Positions 1 to 7,893 of a stretch of DNA of 40,015 nucleotides are shown here, one piece after another. Position numbers and translations under genes: made by a program. This DNA comes from a virus (Duplodnaviria > Caudoviricetes). The DNA is taken from IMG/VR virus record IMGVR_UViG_3300039066_000012, positions 1-40,015 of that record; one strand, 5' to 3'. The notes under the pieces are model-generated. The model was not told the origin of the DNA, searched no databases, and saw only the letters and a program-made list of their open reading frames with translations. Numbering within the stretch: the first letter of the stretch is position 1; each line of letters opens with the position of its first letter.

Positions 1-86
1 GCCTCGTCGTCCGTAATCTCACGCGCTTGCAATGGGCTGAGCGACAACAATGCCGCTGCGCCAATGATAGATAGTTTCTTAATCAT
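1..86 (-). CDS. Partial N-terminus of the exported protein complete at 39154-39513
   Basis: Encodes MIKKLSIIGAAALLSLSPLQAREITDDE, identical to the end-of-window copy. Confidence 0.85.
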   Translation of the reverse strand, partial: MIKKLSIIGAAALLSLSPLQAREITDDE

Positions 87-133
87 GATATTTTCCTTAA
101 TGTTAAAGTTGCCCTTAGCGGGTGAGTTGAGAT

Positions 134-349
134 TTAGACGGGCCTGACAAAGCCGTCAACAGGTTTTTTTACACCAAGTGCTTTTGCACATTCGCCGGAC
201 CAATATTCAAAGCCATAGATGGGCCAACCGTCTTCGTCCAATGGATCAAGGCCACGCTTTGCAGCGCAGTCCAAGATAACCATGAGATTGTTTAGAAGGT
301 CCGTAGCAAACAAGTGCCGTGGGCCTTCGTGTTCGATATTGTCGTTCAT
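134..349 (-). CDS. Hypothetical protein (71 aa), allele 1
   Basis: AGGAG RBS; the second allele at 39558-39773 differs mostly at synonymous sites. Confidence 0.85.
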   Translation of the reverse strand: MNDNIEHEGPRHLFATDLLNNLMVILDCAAKRGLDPLDEDGWPIYGFEYWSGECAKALGVKKPVDGFVRPV

Positions 350-392
350 TTTAATCTCCTATTTATACAGACCCATCGTCTGGGTGTCCGTA

Positions 393-421
393 GAATTAGG
401 ACGCTTGGATTTCCATGTCAA
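393..421 (-). promoter_or_regulatory. Sigma70-type promoter TTGACA-N17-TAATTC
   Basis: Both boxes and the 17-bp spacing are conserved in the otherwise divergent second allele near 39818-39846. Confidence 0.65.
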
Positions 422-428
422 CAACTTT

Positions 429-1154
429 TTATAACCGGTCCATATATCTCATCAAGATGCGATCAACATGGCGCGGTAGGCTGTAGTTCAACTGCTTCTT
501 ACCAGCGCCGTAGTAGTCGAATTTCTTTTTATAGTTGGTCCCATCAACGAACACGAGCATCATCTTCATGTCGTCTTTGCCTTTGCGCTCAGCAATACCA
601 ATGGGCTTACCACCCCTGCTGACAACGAAGAACGTGGTGTTCTTGCGATCACGCTGTTGACCCTTGGGCAAGGTGCCACGTTTCTCTTTGGAGATAGCAC
701 CAAGAGCCGCAAGCATTTCGCTATAGCGCGAGCGGGTGATGTTGCCCTTGGCATCGCGTGGATAGTTTTTACCCTCAACGGTAAAGAAGCCAGCGGGCAA
801 TATGCCCTTGGCTGCTAGTGCCTTAGCCGACGCTTTGTTGCCGCGTGGGCCGCCTTTGATGTTTGGTGCAATGATTGCGGCTGGTGAGCCACGAGGCCCA
901 ACGTTGTTGAAGCGTGTTCCAGACTCTGCAATGCTACGGCCTTGTCCGTATGGCTGAATCTTCCACAGGCCGCGCTTCAAGAATGGCGATTGCTTGTCGA
1001 GGCTCATTCCCATCTCAGCAAGCTGTGCGGCGTGGACATCCTTCACGGTCTCAGCGACTGCGCCGATAACCGCTTTCTCTATGGTCCTGGGTAGTTCCAG
1101 CAACATCTTAAACTTGCGATCCAGATCGCCTGTGTCCACGCGCACTGATAGCAT
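429..1154 (-). CDS. Putative tail-completion/neck protein (gpZ/Neck1-like), displaced from the tail module
   Basis: Basic 241-aa protein; GGPRxxK, RDAKGNI and YKKKFDYY segments resemble the basic neck proteins often found upstream of terS in GpA-type phages. Confidence 0.55.
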   Translation of the reverse strand: MLSVRVDTGDLDRKFKMLLELPRTIEKAVIGAVAETVKDVHAAQLAEMGMSLDKQSPFLKRGLWKIQPYGQGRSIAESGTRFNNVGPRGSPAAIIAPNIKGGPRGNKASAKALAAKGILPAGFFTVEGKNYPRDAKGNITRSRYSEMLAALGAISKEKRGTLPKGQQRDRKNTTFFVVSRGGKPIGIAERKGKDDMKMMLVFVDGTNYKKKFDYYGAGKKQLNYSLPRHVDRILMRYMDRL

Positions 1155-1355
1155 TTAATCTTCCTCGAACAGGCTGCAAAAGTTATGCGGTGAAACCACG
1201 GGGTTAAAGAACCGTGGGCGTCCGTTGTCGTCAATGCCAGTGAAGACTGGTGGGTTGACCTTGCAGAATCCATGCACGCCGCTTGGGCTTTGGACGAACC
1301 ACAGGCAGTCGGCACATTTCTCTACACGTTGCACGTCATATTGTTCCATTTTCAT
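1155..1355 (-). CDS. Small Cys-rich hypothetical protein
   Basis: CADC...GFC...NPP...FCSLF; tightly coupled to its neighbours. Confidence 0.7.
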   Translation of the reverse strand: MKMEQYDVQRVEKCADCLWFVQSPSGVHGFCKVNPPVFTGIDDNGRPRFFNPVVSPHNFCSLFEED

Positions 1356-1609
1356 TCACTCTCATTGCTTACATCAATTTCGTCGTTCTGGCAAACCTCA
1401 ATGAGCTTGGCGATGTACCATTGAGACTTCTTCAAATCCTCAACGCCGTTTTTCAACTTCCAGCGCCAGAGATATTTTATTGCGTTGGCAGTGCAGACCG
1501 CCTCCATGCCACTGAGGCCATTCACCGCAACGGCGATTGCGTCGATACATTCGATGTTGCCCTGCTGATAGTGGCTTGGGCTGTTTACGTTATCCTTAGT
1601 CATATTCAT
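1352..1609 (-). CDS. DUF3310 protein (T7 gp1.7 nucleotide kinase/SaV-like)
   Basis: DNVNSPSHY...IECIDAI...NAIKYLWR..KNGVEDLKKSQWY signature. Confidence 0.9.
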   Translation of the reverse strand: MNMTKDNVNSPSHYQQGNIECIDAIAVAVNGLSGMEAVCTANAIKYLWRWKLKNGVEDLKKSQWYIAKLIEVCQNDEIDVSNESE

Positions 1610-1630
1610 TCTCCAGTTGTTTTTGTGTTA

Positions 1631-1917
1631 GGGGTCTAAAAGGTCCAATATTCCCCTTACTGCTACTATTATATAAAAATATTCTCACACCACCCTGTAA
1701 CCCTACCTTTTCCGTTAAAATATATTTTTCTCTATACGAACTAATATTTCTATTTATTGGACCCTTTTATATAAATATAGAGGTATAAGGTAATAAAAAC
1801 AGTGGTTTAGGGCGGGGGTCCAATAGAGGGGTCCAATGTTTTGAAAAACGCCTATTGGACCCCTGACGTTAACGTCAACCCACTGGCAGGGGTCCAATAC
1901 AAAAAACATTGGACCCC
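1631..1917. repeat. Iteron-like GGGTCCAAT repeats with an AT-rich tract; putative replication origin
   Basis: GGTCCAAT core at 1642, 1817, 1830, 1891 (+) and its reverse complement near 1756, 1854, 1908; palindrome TGACGTTAACGTCA at 1864-1877; directly downstream of the primase-helicase. Confidence 0.7.
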
Positions 1918-4335
1918 TCAAAATGGACAGTCATCGACACCCCCTGCGTGAAAGCTACGGACCTTTTGCACCAAGCCTTTTTCATCACCCTTATACCAGA
2001 TGTAATGCTTGCTTGCTGACTTAGCGACCTTGATCCGCCGCCCCTCTATTTGCTTATAGCCCATCTCTAACAGAATTGCGCTCATGGCCCTAGTCTTAGG
2101 CAACATGGTCCCTTCGCCCTCGCACAGCTTACCTAGCCACGTGACATCAAGCACATTGTCGTTGATGATGTCGCACTGGTGTATGTCGATGGCATCCTCA
2201 AGCAGCGACCTGTCAGGGGATATGGCCAGTGCAATCATTTCTTCACGCGCAGAGGTCTGTGGCGCACGTCCCTTGGCTGAGAACCCTTCGCTGATCTTCC
2301 AGTTGCGTAGGAAGTAGGACAGAGCGTCTGCACGCCGTTCGCTATCGTCGAACAGCCTGGTGAAGTAGGTATCCGCACCCTGCCGTCCGCCCAGTTCGTC
2401 AAACAACTGCTGTTCCGACTGCACGCGTGAGAATATTGGAGCATAGCGCCTGTCGTTCTCGTTTACTGGCAGCGCGTCCTTGTGGTTGGTCAAGAGCAGA
2501 TACGATTGGAAGTTAGGGACCGTGCGGTGATCTTGGCCCTTGGCTTCTATCTGAATGACATTGTTCGATACGAACGGCTTGAGCCTGTCGATCAGTTCAA
2601 AGCGGTTATCGCCTGAGATGCGGATTTCCTCAATGACCGCCAGCACAGCGCCGTATGCCCAACTGGTAAAGCGACCAGAGAGCGCCATGGGTTCAACGTT
2701 ACGGCACATTTCGCCAAGCAGGTTTTGCATGACCACAGCGAAATACGACTTGCCGACGCCCTGTGCGCCTTGCAGCAACAAAGCCCAGTTGATCTTGCTG
2801 CCTGGGTTCTGAATGATCCATGCCAGATAATCAATAAGCAGACGCTGTTCGTCCTCGTTCTCAATCATGAAGCGAACGTGGCCCATGAACATATCGACGA
2901 CGGCCTGTCCGTCATCATCTAATACGCCACAGGGTGCGATTCCCGTTTCTCTGTAGGTGTTAAGGTAGCGTTTGCCCTCATGCTGAACGAACTGACCAGC
3001 CCCAGGCCAGAACAGCAAATCGACCACGGTCTCAATGTCGCAGTGATTGGCGGCATAGACAGATGCGAGCATGGCATCATCACCGAAAGCCACGGTCATG
3101 GTGCGAGCATACTTTTGATTAAAGGCCTCGCGCTTGATGGCGTAATGCAACTCGCGCTCATAATACTCACAGGTCGATTCGATATAGACCCATGGTTCGA
3201 GCCAGTCAGGCTTCTCGACCTCATTCAGCTTACCCTTAGACGACGGCTTCAATTGCGCCTTGATGTCCGACTTCGTCAGCCCACGGTCTTTACCCCATGC
3301 GTCGTAGACCTCTTGGGCCAGCAGGGAGCGCTTGTCCAAAGGCAGGACAGTCGTAGAGATGTTCTGGATGCGTGCCTTGAGGTCATCATACTCGTCCATC
3401 TCAGAGACCTTCGAGGCCACTTCAAGCAGACGTTCGAATGCTGAGTTCTCAACGGCCACTGCCACAGAGCGTTCGACCTCAACGCCACTGGCGCGGGCCA
3501 GATGGATGACAGAGGCGAACGTGACGACGCGTGTAGAGTTGCCGAAGCTGCGCCACTTGATTTGCATCTGACTGTCATCGTGCTTGTCCGACTTGGCGGA
3601 CCAGTCGAACCAACGCTTGTAGCCAGTAGCTACATCGCCACGAAACTGATGATGTAAAGCCGCGCCGACCTTAATCCATTGGTCATATTCGAGACCAGCC
3701 GCAGGGTAACCGGCCAAGTAGGCATCGACCTCATCGTCCGAAATGTCCAAGGGCTGCTCAAGCACAGCGCGTTCGAGATCATCTGGCTCATTGCGAGCAG
3801 CACTATGTATAACGTCCGGCACTACATATGGTGCATCGCCTTGCGCAACGGACCATGCTATCGAAAGGTCAGGACATGCAGGCAGATAGACCGCTTGATT
3901 TGGCACGAAGCTACATGGATCGAAGGTGAGTTCGGGCAACAAGGCCGCGAAGTCACGGGCGACCTCGCGATACTCGCTGGGCGTCACTGTGCGCGACAAT
4001 GGCACGACGATCCTGATCTTTGGGTGCGCAGGCGTATGGCTGAATGTGCTATACGCAGCAAACGCGCAGTCCAACTGCATAATCAACATGAATTCGAGGT
4101 CATCGATAGTCATGCCTTCTGGCACATTGTCTAGGTCGAGCGTTATCAAACTGCGATTAAGCAAGTTTGCTTCTTTGCGCTGCGTCCCGTCGAATTCGCC
4201 GCCAACCATGAACTTACCGTGCTTGGTCACAGCAACTTCGTGCGTTGTCAGCCTTTCGACGATTGTGTCCCAAGATAGTGATTTGTTGGTCACAGAGCCT
4301 AAGCTTGTGCCAACGGCAATGGTATATTTAGTCAT
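1918..4335 (-). CDS. Primase-helicase (N-terminal prim-pol-like domain, PriCT-2, C-terminal SF3/DUF5906 ATPase)
   Basis: LITLDLD and YSTFSHT..HPKIRIVVP; YDQWIKVGAALH..FDWS.KS.K (PriCT-2); Walker A GAQGVGKS; IEE Walker B; LLTNH. Confidence 0.9.
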   Translation of the reverse strand: MTKYTIAVGTSLGSVTNKSLSWDTIVERLTTHEVAVTKHGKFMVGGEFDGTQRKEANLLNRSLITLDLDNVPEGMTIDDLEFMLIMQLDCAFAAYSTFSHTPAHPKIRIVVPLSRTVTPSEYREVARDFAALLPELTFDPCSFVPNQAVYLPACPDLSIAWSVAQGDAPYVVPDVIHSAARNEPDDLERAVLEQPLDISDDEVDAYLAGYPAAGLEYDQWIKVGAALHHQFRGDVATGYKRWFDWSAKSDKHDDSQMQIKWRSFGNSTRVVTFASVIHLARASGVEVERSVAVAVENSAFERLLEVASKVSEMDEYDDLKARIQNISTTVLPLDKRSLLAQEVYDAWGKDRGLTKSDIKAQLKPSSKGKLNEVEKPDWLEPWVYIESTCEYYERELHYAIKREAFNQKYARTMTVAFGDDAMLASVYAANHCDIETVVDLLFWPGAGQFVQHEGKRYLNTYRETGIAPCGVLDDDGQAVVDMFMGHVRFMIENEDEQRLLIDYLAWIIQNPGSKINWALLLQGAQGVGKSYFAVVMQNLLGEMCRNVEPMALSGRFTSWAYGAVLAVIEEIRISGDNRFELIDRLKPFVSNNVIQIEAKGQDHRTVPNFQSYLLLTNHKDALPVNENDRRYAPIFSRVQSEQQLFDELGGRQGADTYFTRLFDDSERRADALSYFLRNWKISEGFSAKGRAPQTSAREEMIALAISPDRSLLEDAIDIHQCDIINDNVLDVTWLGKLCEGEGTMLPKTRAMSAILLEMGYKQIEGRRIKVAKSASKHYIWYKGDEKGLVQKVRSFHAGGVDDCPF

Positions 4336-4523
4336 TCGCCAGCCCCATTCAAATAAGCTGCCAAGACGTTGAGCGTTTGGATTTTGGGGTTCTTTTCGAC
4401 CCCGTCCCTTATGCGCATGATCGTGTTGACATGCAGTCCCGTGCGTTCAGCGACGACACTAGGTCGACGGTCAAACAGGGCTTTCCGTATCCAGTCAATT
4501 TCTAACATTTTTTTAATCTCCAT
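4332..4523 (-). CDS. Cro/XRE-like HTH regulator
   Basis: VVAERTGLHVNTIMRIRDG..NPKIQTL HTH pattern; first gene of the leftward transcript. Confidence 0.8.
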   Translation of the reverse strand: MEIKKMLEIDWIRKALFDRRPSVVAERTGLHVNTIMRIRDGVEKNPKIQTLNVLAAYLNGAGE

Positions 4524-4540
4524 TTAAATGTGATTTTTAT

Positions 4541-4571
4541 GCTTTACACATGTGCGCAATGGTTGTAAAGG
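4541..4571. promoter_or_regulatory. Symmetric bidirectional promoter/operator
   Basis: CTTTACA-N15-TGTAAAG inverted repeat gives TTTACA-N17-TAAAG on both strands at the divergence point. Confidence 0.6.
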
Positions 4572-4605
4572 GTGATTATCAAATAAGGAAAAAGGACTAA
4601 AAAAC

Positions 4606-4911
4606 ATGTTAGAATCTGAAATCAAAAACCTCACCGCCGCCATTGAGCGCCTCATTGTCGCATTAGACAAACAACCTACAGCCGAGCAGCCTGTTGTCGC
4701 AGCGCCACCAGTCGAAGAGCCTGTCGTCGTAGAGCAGGATACACCAAGCGTCGATGCGCTCCAACAGCGCTGTTTGGAACTGACCCGCATAGACCGTGCC
4801 AACGGCGTTAAGATAAAGGCTATAATCGCAGAGTACGGTGCCGCATTGCTGAAGGATATCCCTGCCGATAAGCTAGGGGAGTTTAGCATCAAGCTGGAGC
4901 AACTGGCATGA
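4606..4911 (+). CDS. Hypothetical protein of the type usually upstream of DUF2800
   Basis: AAGGA RBS; helical N-terminus, P/V/E-rich linker, C-terminal YGA..LKDIP motif. Confidence 0.8.
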   Translation: MLESEIKNLTAAIERLIVALDKQPTAEQPVVAAPPVEEPVVVEQDTPSVDALQQRCLELTRIDRANGVKIKAIIAEYGAALLKDIPADKLGEFSIKLEQLA

Positions 4912-5108
4912 GCGAGGAAGAATGGCTAGAGTTCGAGTTGCGCTATATCCAAGCGGAACTGCTCGACGTTCGCCCCTGTGTTGTTGCACGGCGCACGGGC
5001 ATCGACATCGATGAAATCATGGCCATTCGTAATGGCACAGAGGCCAATCCCGATATTGTAACATTAAACGTCTTGGACGTATATCTAATGAGGAATGGCG
5101 AACAATGA
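4908..5108 (+). CDS. Acidic paralog of the HTH at 4332-4523
   Basis: 28/52 identical by manual alignment; GGAG RBS, ATGA overlap. Confidence 0.8.
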   Translation: MSEEEWLEFELRYIQAELLDVRPCVVARRTGIDIDEIMAIRNGTEANPDIVTLNVLDVYLMRNGEQ

Positions 5109-5332
5109 CCCCCCGCGAACAGAACTTGGCCGAGGTTGCCGAGATAGCCAAGGATTATGGGTACACTATCCATGACATCCTTGGGCCCCGGCGCAATAAG
5201 GCATTGGTCGCTGTGCGCGTTGAATGTATCAAGACGTTTCGTGATCGCGGCCTGTCGACGCCGCAGATTGGTCGCATTATGAACCGCGATCATACGACCA
5301 TATGCCATGCGTTAAATAAGGATGTAAAATGA
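5105..5332 (+). CDS. Stand-alone DnaA C-terminal (domain IV)-like HTH protein
   Basis: DILGPRR...VR...GLSTPQIGRIMNRDHTTICHA matches the DnaA signature (IG..F..RDHTTV.HA). Confidence 0.8.
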   Translation: MTPREQNLAEVAEIAKDYGYTIHDILGPRRNKALVAVRVECIKTFRDRGLSTPQIGRIMNRDHTTICHALNKDVK

Positions 5333-6456
5333 CAGCACACGCCAAACTCAGTGCCAGTGGCTCACACCGCTGGCTCGCTTGCCCTGCGTCGGTTGAGGCC
5401 GAGCGCAGCATAGCGGACAAGTCATCGCCGCACGCCTTTGAAGGCACGGTGGCACATGAGTTGGCAGAGGTTGCCTTAAAGAGCAACACGGACGCTGATG
5501 AATGGGTCGGCAAGGTTATGCCTGAGACCCATGCTGAAATTACTCAGGAGATGGCGGACCATGTGCAGGAGTACATTAACTATGTGCGCTATCACATACC
5601 GCCGAATGCCTATGCGGCCTACGAGGTGCGCGTTGATTTCAGTGACTGGGTTCCAGAGGGCTTTGGTACTTGCGATGCTCTGATTATCGCCGGTGACACA
5701 ATGCACGTTATCGATCTGAAATATGGTCAGGGTGTGCAAGTGTCGCCCGTCGATAACAGCCAAGGGATGCTTTATGCCCTTGGGGCCTATGCACAATGCG
5801 CTGGCATTGTCGATATACAAAAGATAATCATCACCATCGTCCAGCCGCGATGCAACCCTGACATCTTTGAGAGTTGGGAGATAAGCATTGAGCAGTTACT
5901 GGCGTGGGGCGAGTATGCCAAGTCCCGTGCGCTTATGTGCGGATTGCCTGATGCCGAGTTCAACCCTGGCGAGAAACAATGCCAGTGGTGCAAGGCCAAG
6001 GCCACATGCACTGCGCTTGCGGCCTTCACTAGCGATGTGATTATGAACCAGTTTGACGAGGTTGAGGAACTGACGCCTGTCAACCGCTTGACTGACGAGC
6101 AACTGGGCAAGGCGCTGTCGGCTAAGAAGCTCATTATTTCATGGCTTGACGCCGTTGAGGATGTTGTTGTAGAGCGTCTGGGCAGCGGCGTTGCGTTCGA
6201 TGGTTACAAGCTGGTGGCTGGTAAGTCTAATCGCCAGTGGTCGAACGAGGGCGCAGTTGAGAATGATATTTATGAATTGCTTGGCGAAGATGCTTATACC
6301 AAAAAGCTGGTAAGCCCTGCGCAAGCGGAAAAGATTGTTGGCAAGAAGCGTGCCTCTGAGATCGCAAAGTTTGTGGTAAAGCCCCAAGGCCGACCCACGC
6401 TGGCAAAGTCAGATGACCCGCGACCTGCCGTCAATATCACAGCAGATGATTTTTAA
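5329..6456 (+). CDS. DUF2800 PD-(D/E)XK (Cas4-like) exonuclease
   Basis: HAKLSASGSHRWLACP, EGTVAHE, FGTCD, IDLKYG, CQWCKAKATC. Confidence 0.92.
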   Translation: MTAHAKLSASGSHRWLACPASVEAERSIADKSSPHAFEGTVAHELAEVALKSNTDADEWVGKVMPETHAEITQEMADHVQEYINYVRYHIPPNAYAAYEVRVDFSDWVPEGFGTCDALIIAGDTMHVIDLKYGQGVQVSPVDNSQGMLYALGAYAQCAGIVDIQKIIITIVQPRCNPDIFESWEISIEQLLAWGEYAKSRALMCGLPDAEFNPGEKQCQWCKAKATCTALAAFTSDVIMNQFDEVEELTPVNRLTDEQLGKALSAKKLIISWLDAVEDVVVERLGSGVAFDGYKLVAGKSNRQWSNEGAVENDIYELLGEDAYTKKLVSPAQAEKIVGKKRASEIAKFVVKPQGRPTLAKSDDPRPAVNITADDF

Positions 6457-6539
6457 GGTTGCATCCTGTGTATTTTAGTATAATCTTAATCGGCCAATTG
6501 GCTTAAAACGTAAAACCAAAACCTAAAAGGAAAAAGTAT

Positions 6540-7055
6540 ATGAGCATTAAACTAAACAACGTTCGCCTTTCTTTCCCATCGCTGTTCCAAAAGGCTCAGT
6601 TCAATGGCGAAGAGACAAAGTACGAAGCGACATTTCTTCTCGACAAAGTAAAGCACGCTGCTGTTATTAAAGAGATCGAAGCAGCTATTGCCCAAAAGAC
6701 CGCAACTGACCTAAAGGGAGCAAAGATTCCTGCCAGCAAGCTATGCCTGCGTGATGGCGACGAGGTCGAGTACGATGGTTACTCTGGTCACATGACGCTG
6801 AAGGCCAGCACGAAGAAGCGCCCACTTGTTGTAAATAAGGACAAGTCGCCTTTGACCGAAGCCGATGGCGTTGTGTACAGCGGCTGCTACGTCAATGCGA
6901 TTGTTGACCTGTGGGCACAAGACAATAATTACGGAAAGCGCATCAATGCAACGCTGCTTGGCGTCCAGTTTGCTGCTGACGGTGAGGCATTCTCATCTGG
7001 CGGTTCGGGCGCAAGCGTCGATGACTTTGACGACTTAGACGGAGAAGCGTTCTAA
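6540..7055 (+). CDS. ssb: ssDNA-binding protein, DUF2815/T7 gp2.5-like
   Basis: VRLSFPSLF, LRDGD, YSGCYVNA, GVQF..DGE; acidic tail ending in F. Confidence 0.92.
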   Translation: MSIKLNNVRLSFPSLFQKAQFNGEETKYEATFLLDKVKHAAVIKEIEAAIAQKTATDLKGAKIPASKLCLRDGDEVEYDGYSGHMTLKASTKKRPLVVNKDKSPLTEADGVVYSGCYVNAIVDLWAQDNNYGKRINATLLGVQFAADGEAFSSGGSGASVDDFDDLDGEAF

Positions 7056-7063
7056 TCACCCTA

Positions 7064-7104
7064 GCCCGTGCGCTATCGTTGGGAGGCGCACGGGCAACCC
7101 TTTT
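7064..7104 (+). terminator. Hairpin after ssb
   Basis: 10-bp stem GCCCGTGCGC/GCGCACGGGC with a weak T tract. Confidence 0.5.
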
Positions 7105-7119
7105 AAGAGGCTACCCCTC

Positions 7120-7893
7120 ATGGATTATGTAAAAATATACAATGCTCTCATGGCCTCTAGGTCAGCACTAAGCCGAAGTGGCTATTTGGAGAAGCACCAC
7201 ATCATACCAAGGTCTTTGGGCGGCGACGATGATTGTAAAAATATAATAAAACTGACTGCTAAAGAACATTATTTTGCCCATCTGCTTTTAGCTAAAATTC
7301 GCGGGGGTCCTATGTATGCGGCCTTGCGGTTTATGTCAGAGCCAGATTCAAAATCAGCAAAGGGTTTTATTGTATCGGCCCGCACCTATGATCGAGCAAG
7401 GCGACTTTTTGCTGAATATTGCAAAGTTTCTCGATTGGGCGAACACAACCCTAACTTTGGGAAAAAATGGTCAGAGTCAGCGCGAGAAAAGGCGTCAAAG
7501 CGCATGAGTGGCGCGTATGGCGGCGATAAAAACCCTATGTTTGGGAGGAATCTAACAGACGAGCATAAAAGTAAAATATCGCAAGGGGTTTCAGGTAAAA
7601 GGAAAGGGGTTAGTTTTTCAGATAAACATAGGGAAAATATATCAAAATCCCTTACCGAGTATCATTTAAATAATGAGCACTGGGCGGTTGGTTACAAGCA
7701 CAAAAAGGAAACGATAAACAAAATGAAACTTTCCGCACAAGATAAAACCGTTTATAATTTTATACATCCTGTTTTTGGAGAATTTACAGGCACTCGAACT
7801 GAATTTAAGGAAAATTACGAATGCAACCAAACATGTCTGTCTCGCCTGGTTAACGGTAAAGCCAAATATCACAAAGGGTGGAGGTTGATATGA
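7120..7893 (+). CDS. HNH homing endonuclease with NUMOD3-like repeats
   Basis: EKHHIIPRSLGG.D...N...LTAKEHYFAHLLL; NPNFGK/NPMFGR and EHKSKIS/KHRENIS repeats; AT-rich relative to flanks. Confidence 0.9.
   Translation: MDYVKIYNALMASRSALSRSGYLEKHHIIPRSLGGDDDCKNIIKLTAKEHYFAHLLLAKIRGGPMYAALRFMSEPDSKSAKGFIVSARTYDRARRLFAEYCKVSRLGEHNPNFGKKWSESAREKASKRMSGAYGGDKNPMFGRNLTDEHKSKISQGVSGKRKGVSFSDKHRENISKSLTEYHLNNEHWAVGYKHKKETINKMKLSAQDKTVYNFIHPVFGEFTGTRTEFKENYECNQTCLSRLVNGKAKYHKGWRLI

Larger units (their letters stand above)
1..590. repeat. Terminal overlap, allele 1 (matches 39428-40015)
   Basis: 1-86 is identical to 39428-39513 and 484-590 is identical to 39909-40015; the middle is homologous but divergent. 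Confidence 0.97.

Noticed and set aside
4332-4605. Classical lysogeny switch/prophage
   Set aside because: No integrase, CI-type peptidase repressor, ParA or host genes were seen.
5329-6456. Cas4 of a CRISPR system
   Set aside because: DUF2800 nuclease in its usual replication context.
7120-7893. Group I intron in the polymerase
   Set aside because: The HNH is free-standing upstream of an intact polymerase ORF.
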